This document shows positions 50,935-64,000 of a stretch of 64,000 bases of DNA, in pieces (the first letter of the stretch is position 1; each line of letters starts with the position of its first letter). The position numbers and the translations under genes are program-made. The DNA is from Trichodelitschia bisporula. Lineage: Eukaryota. The stretch is from the NCBI GenBank assembly GCA_010356995.1, contig ML996706.1, positions 253,789 to 317,788 of the forward strand. The letters run 5' to 3'. The notes beneath the pieces are model-generated. The model worked only from the letters and a program-made list of their open reading frames with translations. It was not told the DNA's origin and searched no databases.

Positions 50935-51034
50935 CTTACCCGCAGCGATTTGAACTCGCAACCGTTTAGTCCACTCGCCGAGACTGACGTTAACGACGAG
51001 CAACCGAACAGCTGGGCCGTTTACCCACAGGTAA
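50935..51034 (-). ncRNA. tRNA-like structured element with Pol III A/B boxes (atypical ncRNA or tRNA pseudogene)
   Basis: Ends TTACCTG/CGGGTAA pair. A-box-like TGGGTAAACGG, B-box GAGTTCAAATC, long central hairpin and a downstream TTTT. Confidence 0.45.
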
Positions 51035-51525
51035 TTATGCGAATAAATGCTGCTTGTTGAACATAATGCAGTGCTCCTGAAGGCCATCCCATTCTTCTTC
51101 TGAGGCTGATACCTTGCATACTATCACCACCTGGTGATGTGCTGAACTTCTTCGCTTAGGCAACACAACAGCAACTCTGCAGACTGCCAGCAAGCCTTCT
51201 AGGGCTCTCCAGCCCATACTATATGCTGTTCTCCCCCTCTGTCCGCAGGAGGCCTTTGGGCGACTTTTGTAGCTCATAACACCTTGTACACACTTCAACC
51301 GTAGATAATCAGCTACTGCTAATCCCTGGTTTGCTACTATATTTCTCCGCTTTTCTCGCAGTGCATGGTGGCCCAAAGCTTGTTCAGATGCGTAGCCAAC
51401 TGAACTTCACCTTCCACTTTCGGCCAAGCTGACATCACGTGCTTCAACGAGCAATCTTCGTCAACCGCAGCCGACCCGGAAAATTGATTTTCCGCTCCCG
51501 TGGCCCGTGCCACCGTGCTCCCAGG

Positions 51526-51532
51526 TATAAAA
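51526..51532 (+). promoter_or_regulatory. TATA box upstream of U2 snRNA
   Basis: TATAAAA about 45 bp upstream of the U2 5' end, followed by a pyrimidine tract. Confidence 0.6.
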
Positions 51533-51572
51533 CTCGAACCTCCCCCCTTCCAAACCTCTTCTTCTTTTCTTC

Positions 51573-51758
51573 AGCTCTCTTTGCCTTTGGCTTAGATCAA
51601 GTGTAGTATCTGTTCTTTTCAGTTTAATCTCTGAAACGACTCTACGGAGTCACTTCAAGATTAATCTTATTTTTGTCACCCGCTGGCCGGCCTCTGTGCT
51701 TGCGCATGTCGACCGGCACTGTGTCGCTCCTATTGCACTATCTGGAGCTGACGCGAAC
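51573..51758 (+). ncRNA. U2: U2 spliceosomal snRNA
   Basis: GGCTTAGATCAAGTGTAGTATCTGTTCTTTTCAG with the branch-recognition GTAGTA, stems IIa/IIb, Sm site ATTTTTG at 51669 and stem IV loop ATTGCAC. Confidence 0.95.
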
Positions 51759-51884
51759 AACCTTTTTCATCATGGTCTTCGGCTTGTCCGGGGCTTTGGA
51801 GAAGAAGATCTTTTGCCTTCGTTAAACTGCTACCGTTTGAGAAAGCAAACGTCATGGCTTCATCACAGCCTAATAGGCGCTAGG

Positions 51885-53575
51885 TTACACCTTTTCCTTC
51901 ACCAAATCCCTCGCCGCCTCCGCCTCATCCGCCTTCGTAAGCGCAAACATGAAAGTGATAAGCAATTCAGCAACTTCCTCCAACCCGACCGAGATGCGAA
52001 TCTGCTCCTCCTTCATGCCCCACTCCCTCACCTCCTCCAACTCCTTGTCATACAGCGCCTTCGGATGCGGCAGAGCCAGCGTCAAATGCGCCCCCAAATG
52101 CGGCCCATTATGCACATACAAATGATCATAAAACGCTTTCGCCGCCCCTACACTCGTAAACTCCACGCTAAGCAAGCACCCATACCCCGGTGTAAACTCA
52201 GCCGTTGGGGGCCTCATCAGCGCTTCATAATGCTCCTTCGTCTCGGCGACCTGGGGGTAGTACACGCGCGTGACGCTGCTGCCTTCCAAGGTCGCCCTGT
52301 GCGAGAGGTACTTCGCTAGCTCCTGGGCATTGCGATTCAGCACCGCCGTGCGGGCAAGGTAATCCGCACTGTTGTGCAGCAGCGTCTCCGCGTCGGCAAC
52401 GAACATTTCCTCCATCGCACCGTTGAAGTGCGTCGCTAAATATGTGTAGTATTTGGAGGAAGGGTTTAGAACCACGTTCCCGCCCATCACGTCCGCGTAC
52501 CCGCTGAAGCTTTTCGTCAGCGAAGTGACCAGCACATCAGCCTCCGGGAGAACGTCGACGTTCGCAAAGCTGCCGATCGTGTCGTCCACGACCAGCACGG
52601 CCTCAAACCGCATCGCGAGGGCCTTGAGCGCCGCCAGATCCGCAGTCACAAGCAGCGGGTTTGACGGGATTTCGGTCCAGATCGCCTGCACTGGCGACCC
52701 CGCGGCGGCCTCGCTTTCGAGGTACGTTTCCAGGGCGGCCAGCTCGGTGCCCAAGGGAAAGAATTGCACTCCTGGACCGAAGTACTCGAACACGTGCACT
52801 GTGCTGTGGAACGGGAGGTTGAACATCACGGTCTTGGTTCCGCGGAAGTGCAGCAGTGCGGTGTGGGCGGCGCAGATTGCCGTCATGCCCGTTTGGTACA
52901 GGTGCACGTCGCCCGCTGCTACATACGGTGATCCCTGGCGCTGAGCGCGGTTCAGCAGCTGCGCAATTCGGGCGCGCAGTGCGTCGTGCGCTGGCGAGGT
53001 AAACGGCGTTTCGGGGCCTGGGAGCGGAGACTCGGCTAACGGGGTGTTGGCGATTGAGGACAGGGCTGCTTCCGCCGCCCGGCTGGAGAGGCCGCGGCCG
53101 GTGATGGTCCACCAGGGGACGACATCCATCATTCGGGCTGCGGGGAAGAAGAGCGCGGTTACCGGGGGGGTGGTGTTGAGTGATGTGATGGAGAGGGTGG
53201 ATGGGTCGAGCGGGTCTTTGCCGTCGGTGCGTGGGGTCGCGGATATGAAGTCTGCGCAGGCATGGGCGGCGACGGGGCTGGGGAAGGGGAGAGCGAAGAG
53301 GCCTTCGTCCGGTGAGCGGGTGGATAGGAGGACGCCGATTAACTAGCTGGCGTTAAGGGAGAGAGGTCATGGAGACTGATCCTCACCTGTTTCACGTCTC
53401 GGTGTAGCACGAAACGCGGGTACATGTCGACGAACTTGGCGAAGAAAGCCGGATCGCCCTTGAGGAACTCGAGCATGTTCGCCCAGGTCGGCATGTGCGT
53501 TGTTATGGCGTGGCGGGGGGCGGGAGGGATGGCATGGAAGTGCGGTGTTGGGAGGGGGTTTCCAGTGAAAGGCAT
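51885..53575 (-). CDS. Cystathionine gamma-synthase-like PLP-dependent enzyme
   Basis: MYPRFVLH, YQTGMTAI, TEIPSNPLL, VVDDTIGSFANVD, SLTKSFSGYADVMGG and IRISVGLE; one intron near 53386-53347. Confidence 0.9.
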
Positions 53576-53932
53576 CGTGGCTGTTGGGGTTGAATTGCTG
53601 TTACGAATAATGAGGTGGCTCAAGGAAACTGAGGATGTGTTTCTAGCGATCATCACCTATATATGTGGCTGGCGTTTGTGGGGGCCACATCAGAGTTGCA
53701 ATAGATATTGCAACCCTGTGATTCTTGTGCTCGTGTTCGGCATTCTCACCGAGATAAGCAGCGTAAGACGCGCCGTTGAATTTGAGCTCAGCCTCGTTGG
53801 CCAAGCCTTTCTTACCCTGTCGCCCATCTACGATGGGCTCGTGAGGGCGATGTGCCTCAGGCAGCACGATAGCGTCACGCCTATGACTCGATGCCAAGAC
53901 ATAGGGCTTGGCAACGTATATAGATCTGAGAG

Positions 53933-53951
53933 CTCTCTCTCTCTCTCTCTC
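53933..53951. repeat. (CT)n microsatellite
   Basis: About 9 perfect CT units. Confidence 0.8.
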
Positions 53952-54575
53952 ATCATCAATGCATCTATTGTCTCCATGCTTCGTATACTCCACCTGCATC
54001 AGTGATACAGTTGACATACCCAATAGTGGTACTGGCGAATAGCTGCCAGAACTTTCCTAGGCGGCGGCCATGACCCTTTTCCCGTAGCCCTCGAGCCGTA
54101 CAAGGTACATTGATAACTGAGCCCAGCATAATCGTGCATGCTTAGTGGCGTCTGGCCAATGATGATGAGAATGGTCACATATACTCCAGATCACGACTAT
54201 TATGCTTTTAAGGTTGACATTCTGGAGTGTAATCCCATAGAAGAAGTATGTGTGTAATCTGAGCGGGTGCACAGTTTTCCTATGTAAACCAATCAACTTC
54301 CCAACGACCCGGTTTCGCTCCCATCGACCTCCGCCCCTGCGACAATGAGCCCTACTCGGACCGGTAGACTGGTGTCAATGCTACCTTTGCGTCGAGTAAC
54401 CCTCATGTTCCACCGGGGCTCAGAACCACCATTTCTTCGGGCGGTCAATTCCAGAGACCGTCTTAAGACGCCCGAAGCCGGACCGGGACCGATCGGCGGA
54501 CGGTCCTCATCGTCTGACTATCTAAGGGTACCCGGACGGAAAATCAGACGGATCAGGGCCTATATTCAGGTCCGC

Positions 54576-55162
54576 TCAGAGCCGTCCCACGTTACGTTTC
54601 CTCCACTCGCCCGGTTCATCGCTACAGTCCGGAGTCTCCTCGCTTGAAGTTGGACTAGGACTCCGCTCAGCCTCTGTACGGGCCGGAATATCATCGGGCT
54701 GCTTTTCTTCTTCAGGCGACTTATCGCTTGCAATGGCGATCGGATCAGGGCGCCGCTCAGCTTCTGAGCTGGCAGCCTTAAGCCTCTGCGCGTCACTGCG
54801 GGTGACACGCTTTTCGCCACGGGTGACATGCCTAGCGCTAATGCGGCGCTTTTTGCCACTGTCACTACGGGTGACACGCTTCTCGCTGCGGGTGCCAGGC
54901 TTCTCGCTGCGGGTGACACGCTTCTCGCTGTGGGTGTCAGGCTTCTCGCTGCGGGTGTCAGGCTTCTCGCTGCGGGTGTCAAGCTTCTCGCTGCGGGTGA
55001 CACGCTTCTCGCTGCGGGTGACATGCCTTTCGCTAATGATGCGGCGCTTTTCGCCATTGTCACTACGGGCGACACGCTTGTTGCTACCAAGGAGGTGTTA
55101 ATGGTGGCCGAAATATGTCGGTGGTGTCGATAGAGCGACTAGACGAGATACGGCAATGCCAT
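54576..55162 (-). CDS. Orphan low-complexity protein with (V/D)TRSEK(R/P) heptad repeats
   Basis: ATG at 55162, intron 55151-55084 (GTATCT...ATTAAC...TAG), then an open frame MALPNKRVARSDNGEKRRIISERHVTRSEKRVTRSEKLDTRSEKPDTRSEKP... to TGA at 54576. The 3' end may be spliced further. Confidence 0.55.
54795..55080. repeat. 21-bp minisatellite (CTTCTCGCTGCGGGTGACACG-like) with higher-order duplication
   Basis: About 7 near-identical tandem units at 54869-55022, flanked by degenerate units. 54820-54880 resembles 55016-55079. Confidence 0.9.
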
Positions 55163-55387
55163 TGTGGGCTGCGGGAGCGACGAAAAGAGCGTGAGACTCG
55201 CATCCAACCGCGGAATGGTTGGACAAAACTCAATTTGAAGGCGGGCGGACCATGCTTCACCAACACAAAAACTAGCCATCCATATGGCATGGGGGTATCT
55301 TTACAACGGAATCAATCAGCCGCCAAGTGCAATCGACCAAAAGTGGACATGCATCGTCCAAACGAAATCTCTTCGAGCTTATACGGC

Positions 55388-57043
<1,656 letters not shown>

Positions 57044-57374
57044 GGTGCACACAGAAGCAGACAAGAAAGCTTGAATAGAGGTGGAGATTTGATGAAGCTT
57101 CTCAGTGGGGGGATTTTCGCGATAAAAATTGATGGTGAAGAGAGCAGTTGTTGCAATGTAAAAGTGTAAAGTGGTGGCAAAGTGAGGACGCGGGAGCTGT
57201 TGTTTGGCGGGTGCCTTCAGGTCTCTGATTGCCAAGAGTTCATGGCCGTTTATTCGCCAAGGCCCCGCAATGTGAAAAGCGTCCAAGGTCCAAGGGGTCA
57301 AACCACCGAAAACTTCCCTTTACAAAGCAAACCAACATGCATAGCTGCCGCTGTCCGCCCATCTCACAATAAAC

Positions 57375-58256
57375 ATGGAGCTAGCTACCCTCTCTAGCAA
57401 TTGGAAGCAGCTTAAGAAAACTCTGAAAGTCGCTTCCCCAAAACCCGACTCTCTCAAGCGCAAGCGTTCCGATGCACCTTCAGCTCCGAGCAAGCGAACC
57501 AAGCCGGGCAAGAAGATGGACAGCACCGTACCAGGCACAGCAAAAAAAGTTACCAGACAACGCGCGAAGAGCACCAACGGCCCATTAAATGTTGTAGACT
57601 CTGAAGAACCCGAACGTCCCGCCACCAGTCACGGCACCTATCCCGCTACGCCCGACGCGGTCGAGAATGAAGGTGTCTCTCCCACCGCACTTGCCGGCCG
57701 GTATATAGCACTGGACTGCGAGATGGTTGGCGTCGGACCGTCCCCAGACAAGACAAGCCAGGTTGCCCGCGTGTCTCTGGTCAATTTCCACGGCCACCAG
57801 CTGTACGACTCGTACGTTCAACCACAGGAACCTGTCACGGACTACCGAACACACATCACGGGAATCACGGCGCAGAAGCTGAAGCAAGCGCTGCCGTTTG
57901 ATGAGGTGCAAAGCGATGTGCGCACTCTGCTGGAGAACCGCATCCTCATTGGCCATGCGCTCAAAAACGACTTCGAGGTGCTACGCCTTACCCATCCGCG
58001 CGACGATATCAGGGATACGGCACGCTACCCTAAGTTCCGGGCGATGAGCGCCGGACGTACACCCAGTCTGAAAAAGCTGGCCAAGGAAGTTCTGGGCCTG
58101 GAGATCCAGACGAGCGTACATTCCAGTGTGGAGGACGCGAGGGCTTGCATGTTGCTATTCCGACAAGAGAAGGCCGGCTTCGAGGGACAGCACAACCATC
58201 GACCAAAGGCAGGCAAAGGGAAGAGCGCTGGGAAGAAAAAGAAGGGAAAGAAGTGA
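57375..58256 (+). CDS. REX4: RNA exonuclease 4 (DEDDh)
   Basis: LSSNWKQL N-terminus, YIALDCEMVGVG, LIGHALKNDF, RDTA and HSSVEDARA. Confidence 0.93.
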   Translation: MELATLSSNWKQLKKTLKVASPKPDSLKRKRSDAPSAPSKRTKPGKKMDSTVPGTAKKVTRQRAKSTNGPLNVVDSEEPERPATSHGTYPATPDAVENEGVSPTALAGRYIALDCEMVGVGPSPDKTSQVARVSLVNFHGHQLYDSYVQPQEPVTDYRTHITGITAQKLKQALPFDEVQSDVRTLLENRILIGHALKNDFEVLRLTHPRDDIRDTARYPKFRAMSAGRTPSLKKLAKEVLGLEIQTSVHSSVEDARACMLLFRQEKAGFEGQHNHRPKAGKGKSAGKKKKGKK

Positions 58257-59321
58257 AACGTGCATTGCATATTTTCAGGCATTTGGGTACGGCGTCTGGC
58301 TTTTGGCGAAAGTGGATATACCCCTCGCGAAGGTTTTTAAGTCAGCATCACGGCAGTTCAAGCCCCAGCTCGGTGTGCAGCGTGACCTTTCCGTGAAGCC
58401 CACTTGACATATTTCCGGAGCAGCTCCATTTTCGAAGATACCTTGACTGGCCACTTCCCGGGTAGCCTACATGCACACAGCGGTTGTCGGCAACGTGATA
58501 TCAGCCAGTGATATATGGCCTACACGCAAGCATGGATGGATGTTGTACATTCAGAAAGATATTTCGCAGTAGGCTGGCTGCGTTCCAACTCTTCGCCCTT
58601 CTCGTCCTTCTCGTCCTTCCAACGCCGTGGAAGATGACATCCACATTCAATCCCAAATGTCTCTGTCCGCATCTCATCCCTTGAGCCTCTGGTTGCCCTA
58701 CTGGCCCCCGGTCCATAAAACAGTGTAGTCGCTTGAATAGACTGGTGCCCAGTCGGCCGTTAGGCTTGTCACGTTGAAGCTACGGAGGGGAAAGAAACCG
58801 TAGCAGCATCCGACGTGGCTGGAACTGATGACGTAGCCGCTTCGGTGGAGGGCGTAGATCATCGAGTGGCCACGCCACAGGAAGAGGAGTAGGACAGCTC
58901 GGGTCCACTTCATCTCCTCTGCCGCCAAAAATGACCAAAGCAGCAACCTATTCGATAACTCAGATCAGAAAGCGCTCTCGGCGAAGTCAACCGGTATGTA
59001 CTCACGGTACGAAATTTCCAAATCCTGTCGGTAAGGTCTCATGGAAGCCGGTATTTCCACTGGGTAATGAAATGGGCGCATAAACCGTGAGCCAGAGAGG
59101 ACTAACACGCCCAGGTAGACCAGGATGATGAAGGCAGTATCGCGGAAGGTTGGTCCCATCTGTACACAAACTCGTGTACGCATGTACTCGTAAATGTCTG
59201 GACCGGCAATGGCTCCGGCTTCTGAGATCTTGCAGGATCTGCTGCGGCCAATTTCGGGTTCGATGAGACTCTCGCGGCACCACGCACTGATACAAGACTG
59301 ATTTGACCAAACATGCTATCG

Positions 59322-61505
59322 TTAAGGCTCGGGTTCCCGAGATGAGGTCCCTGTTGCTGTTGAGGTTGAGGATTCCGGTGGTTCCACCGCTTGTAGGGCT
59401 GGTCGCTCTGAAGCCGGTTGCGCTTGTATGTACTGATCCAAAGCAGCCTGCAGTTCATCCAGATAAAAACCGCCCATAGGCAAAGGTATTGCATATTTAT
59501 CCGATCTCATCAGCAACATACGCTGCACCGCGGCCTGTGCAGCCATCAGGACGAGACGGTGCTGAACTATAAGCTTTGGAGACCGCTGTAGCTGTGAACT
59601 AGACGGCTGCTCGGGTGCTGAAACTTGTTCTTCTTCGCCCTGAGATTGTTGGGCCTCGGGTTGCCGACCCTGATGTTCTACAGCCTGATATTGCTGATTT
59701 AGCATTTCGCCTATGCACCCCGACAAATGCATGAGACGGTGATAGTTTGCTCCAAAGCTGGCGTCTTTGAAAAGCAGTCCCGGACCTTGAATTTGCCAGT
59801 CCAGAAGGTTCGTCAGAACCAGCAGCTGCTGGCCAAGCTGGCTCTGTGGGGTTCGCGGCTTCTGAAGTTCTCGTTGCTGATAAAGCGGAAAGCTGGTCAT
59901 CATACGCTGAAGTGGAGGCGGCTGAAATTGCTGTTCATGGCGCTGGACAGTCGAGGGAAGTTGAGACTGTTGATCTTGGTCTTGCCAGGATTGCTGGCGT
60001 TGTTGAGCATGCCGAAGCACCTTCATCAATTTGTCTCCTTCCGGTAGTCCCTTCTTGCTGAAATAGGCAAGCATATTGTGAGTTTGCTGAGCCAGCTGAA
60101 GGTATAGCGCATGTTCGAGCAGCCTTTGAAGATCTTGCAGCTGACGATAATCGGTATGGATGTCATGCAATATATCCAGACTTCGCATTCGCCATTCCAG
60201 AGACATTATGGCGTCACGCATTTGGTGTCCAATTTGATCCGCAGGAGCTTGCGTCTCGGCTTGCCCTTGCTCGTGGTACTCGTATTGCGGGTGTTCTCCC
60301 AGTGGTATAGACAGAAGACTGAGGGGCGAGTGCAACGAGCGGTCTTGTGCACCACTGCTACTTGAATCCAAAAATGCCACCAGGGCAATCAGCAAGGCAA
60401 ATGCTGTGACGACGTAGGAAGCAACCGTGAATCCTGTCTGTACGCTGGTCTGTACATCAGCCCCATACCGCCGTACCGACACCGCCGACCACACCACGGA
60501 GCATATGAAACTGAGGATCATAGGCAGAGCGATCATGATTCCGACGAGGTTGGTGTCCCAGCGCTGCGCAAAATTGAGTGCATGAGTGTGTGCACTAGGA
60601 CGTGCAAGAACCCCCATAGCTCTGAGCTGCATAATGAGATCGATTTTGCTGTCACCGAGACAAGACGGGTTGTAGAAGAAAAATATGGGGCGTGAATTCG
60701 AGGTGTATCGGCTGAGATCAAGTATGAAAACTTGCTTGCCAATCGCCGCATGGCCGTGGAGCTAGCGTATGGGTTCGCATCAGCATTCATTGCATATCAA
60801 GAAGTTGAAAGTTGAAAGTTGATAAGGTACATCGGATTCGACAAGAATGCAAAGCCAGAACAAGAGTTTTGCCGGCATCCAAGGCGAGTTTCTAATGCGG
60901 CAGGTAGGGATGATTCAACGATGCCATTTTAGGGAGAAGGAGAAATGTACCTCTGTAACCTCAATATATGCTAGGCTTCTCATGCCGAGAGCTTCGAGAA
61001 GGCCACGCTTCGCCTTTCCGAGGTAATAAAAGGATGATATATGGCGCAGGAGAGCGTCATCGGCCATGTTGATGCTGCAAGGAACTTCTATGCCGTCCAT
61101 GCTATCACGGAATAGCAGCAGAGAGCACGGCTCAGACACTGGGGTTATCGCCGCGAACTTGTCTTCCCAAGCTTTAGTGTAATCCTGGTAAAACGCCTCG
61201 TCGTCAACCAGAAAAAGGTAAGTCCAGGAAACATAGCTCACGACCAGGTCGAGCCGGAAGACCTCAACTGCCTGAAAGTACAAAGCTATCAACGCTATTA
61301 CCCATGAAGGGGCAAGGTGAAACAAGAACTCGGCAATGTGTACGAAGAATTTGGTAATGTATACGAAGAAAATGAATGGGAGTTTGAAGGGCAAGAAAAT
61401 AAGATTCAGTTGCCCGTAGAGTCGACCCAGTGCGAGGAGTCGCCAGAAGAAGCGGGACGCTCCGATGACCGCAGGCATACGGTGTACGGGGTAAGTTGCG
61501 AACAT
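59322..61505 (-). CDS. Hypothetical membrane protein with Q-rich C-terminus (exon structure uncertain; may be two genes)
   Basis: Long ORFs 60915-61505 and 59322-60632 on the same strand carry hydrophobic segments and are separated by intron-like sequence. Confidence 0.5.
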
Positions 61506-62404
61506 TGGTATCTTGACGTCACCAGTTCATCGTACTCCGTGACTTATGGTTGATGAAGTTGGAAATGAGGCAGAGGAGGGGATCGCAAGACTCCTGTCCT
61601 GGTTGCTGATTCAGCTCTCAGCTGGATACGGCTGAGTGGCAGGCCCATCCAATGAGATGGCTGGATGCTGAATTTTAAGGTAGCCAACGCTCACAGGAGC
61701 TGTCAGGGGGAACAAGAGGCAAAGGATCACATTTTGGTACGTTGATAAAAGATTTTGGTCATACACAAGGGTATGGCCTTTGCCTCCAGCTCTTCACGCC
61801 AGAAAAAAGCTGCCGTTGCTGAAGCATCAAAGTAAGGTTAGACATGCCTGGGATATCAGTCGCGGGAATCTTACAGCAACTTCAACACCAACTCCTCGAA
61901 CCGAACAGCTGAGCGAGTTCGCTTCGCGCCATCATCATCGTTGCTCAGCATGAGTACAGACGTCCTTTTCACATGGCCTCCGGTCATATACCCCGGATTC
62001 GGGATTCAGACCAACCAAGCCTAAACCGGCAAAGAGCCGAGCGACCCCAGCCTTACGGGCACGAATATACACACCCGAGCAACTCGGATTCGCCTAAGTC
62101 GAGCAGGTATACATACACCCTAACCGAAAGATCAAGTTAGTATGCCGCCAGAAAAGTGTATATTAACACCCTACCATCCGGTCTTCCGCAGGCGAGCTCG
62201 CCCAGATTGCGCATCGCCATGCCATCAACCTGAAGGCCACTAATTCCCCGGACCGACAAAGTGCGGCTTCCCGCACCCTACATGTGATCCCCGCGATGCA
62301 TGTATATTTAATTTTCGTCCCGACGTGCCTTTGTTATCGTGGCACCCTTCGTTCTTTTCCATTCCAGACCGCTCGTTTCCGGGGTCGTATCCCGTACAGG
62401 CACC

Positions 62405-64000
62405 ATGCCGTCCCTCCGCTCGTTCCTGTGTCTTGCATTTGCCGCGCTGGTCCGTGCCGGCCCCCTTCCCGATGGCTACAATACCCGCGACTCGCTCGGG
62501 ATCGATGCCGAGGCTGGTCCGGCCGTAGATGCGGCGAATGCCGCGACTATGCCAGTGGTCACGCTGCCATACGGCCAGCACCGTGCGAGCAAGTACGACG
62601 CGGCAACCGACGTGCGTGGGCTCCTTCCCTTCTGAGCACAACCCCACGTTTTTACCCCACTCTATGAAACACGTTCCTTTCTCCGATGCCGGCTAGCCCT
62701 AACCCACGCAGATCTACACCTTCAATAACATCCGCTTCGCCGCTGCTCCTGTGGGCGACCTGCGCTGGAAGAAGCCGCAGCCTCCACTCCCAGTAGCCGG
62801 CGTGCAGGATGGATCGAAGGGCGCCGCGTGCATTTCTATCGTGCCGAAGGTCGGGCTCAACTTCCTCGGCGACGCGAACTACAACGCTTCGGCTGCGGCG
62901 CAGAATGCCATCATCGGTGGGTTGGGAGCGGCCGCGGCGCCGCTGATTTTTGGCGGCGCTGAGGACTGTCTGTTCCTCGATGTGTATGTTCCTGGCAAGG
63001 CGGTACGCGAGCCGGAGAAGCATAAGTTGCCGGTGGTGAATTGGATATATGGTGGTGCTGTGAGTACTCCCAGTTAACGATGAGACGACAGCTAACGTAC
63101 CAGTTCCGTATGTCACTCCCCCCCTCAACCTCAGCCACTCTAACCCCACAGTCCTCGGCTCCAAAGACATGCTAGGCGTCTACTCCGGCAACCACCTAAT
63201 CGAGCTCTCCAACAACAGTATGATCTTCGTCTCAGCAAACTACCGCCTCGGCACATTCGGCTGGCTCGCCGGCCGCACAATGGAAAAGGAATCGACCCCA
63301 AACCTCGGCCTCTGGGACCAACGCGCCGCCCTGCAATGGATCCAATCCCACATCCACCTCTTCGGTGGCGACCGCACCACCGTCTCCGCCTGGGGCGAAT
63401 CCGCCGGCGCCTCTAGTATCCTCCACCACCTCATCGCCTTCGGCGGCAAGCAGGACCCGCTCTTCCGTCGCGCTGTCCTGCAGTCTCCCGCCTTCGAACC
63501 TATGGGCGACCGCCTACCCAACGGGACACTCGAAGCTGTCTTCCAGAACTTCACTAGCCTGGCCGGATGCGCAGGTAAAGGGCTGGCGTGTCTGCGCAAA
63601 GCCCCACTGTCGGCACTCAACCGTGCCAACCAGGCAATCCAAGACGCAGCCCCGCGCGGGGCCTTCGGCGTCGGTCCCGCAGCCGACGGGTCCTGGGTGC
63701 GCCAGTTTCCGGCCATAGAAATGAAGCGCGGGGCCGTGTGGCCGGGTCTCGAGAGCGCCATCATCAGCCACACCGCCGACGAGGGGACCATTTTCGTCGA
63801 CGGGCACATCCAGTCCGACGCCGCGTTCGACGGCTTCGTGACGCAGGTCTTTGGTCAATTGGCGACGAATACCGGGTTCCTGACCGCGCTGCAAACCCGG
63901 TATCCCGCGGCGAGCGCAGCGGGGACTAAGTACGCGAATGTCACGGCGCGGGTTAAGGATTTCATCCGGGATAGCAGCTTTACGTGCAATGTGCGGTACT
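62405..64000 (+). CDS. Secreted type-B carboxylesterase/lipase (runs off window end)
   Basis: Signal peptide MPSLRSFLCLAFAALVRA, FNNIRFAAAP, EDCLFLDV, WIYGGA, NYRLGTFGWL and GESAG. Introns 62612-62711, 63060-63103 and 63108-63151. Confidence 0.92.

Noticed and set aside
50935..51034. tRNA-Sec interpretation (9/4-like fold, TCA in loop)
   Set aside because: No proper anticodon loop or long variable arm, and Sec machinery is not known in ascomycetes.
51696..52319. 207-aa + strand ORF and many similar overlapping ORFs
   Set aside because: Antisense shadows of GC-rich genuine genes (here the cystathionine gamma-synthase-like gene).
54795..55080. CRISPR-like array
   Set aside because: Units are directly tandem with no unique spacers, in a eukaryotic context with no cas genes.
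58500..59310. Short minus-strand ORFs with intron-like signals
   Set aside because: No consistent spliced model or recognisable domain could be built.
61899..61911. 13-mer AACCGAACAGCTG shared with the tRNA-like element at 51002
   Set aside because: Repeated 13-mers are expected by chance in 64 kb and the flanks do not align.

Overview
Eukaryotic nuclear DNA from a filamentous ascomycete, probably a Dothideomycete (inferred from protein style and short GT-AG introns with CTRAY branch sites). The left ~10 kb is an accessory, decaying region. It holds gene relics, a 171-bp direct duplication, an assembly gap and a multiply disrupted PNP_UDP-NACHT-WD40 NLR. The rest is gene-dense: two paralogous secreted carboxylesterases, an ABCA transporter, DUF2293, a LYR-like protein, CCDC25/Jlp2, Mzt1, Ynd1 apyrase, a class I glutamine amidotransferase, an MFS transporter, cyanamide hydratase, a Pmc1 Ca-ATPase, Lcb3, Rho4, Dad1, an SDR, a cystathionine gamma-synthase-like enzyme, Esa1 and Rex4. 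RNA genes are an intron-containing tRNA-Asn and U2 snRNA. The most notable observations are: an apparent single-nucleotide exon plus a GC-AG intron in the CCDC25 gene; a structured tRNA-like element with A/B boxes lying divergent to U2; two convergent genes whose stop codons overlap in one CTAG; a 4-nt microexon; and an orphan heptad-repeat gene missed by the ORF track. All gene models were read by eye and no database searches were run.
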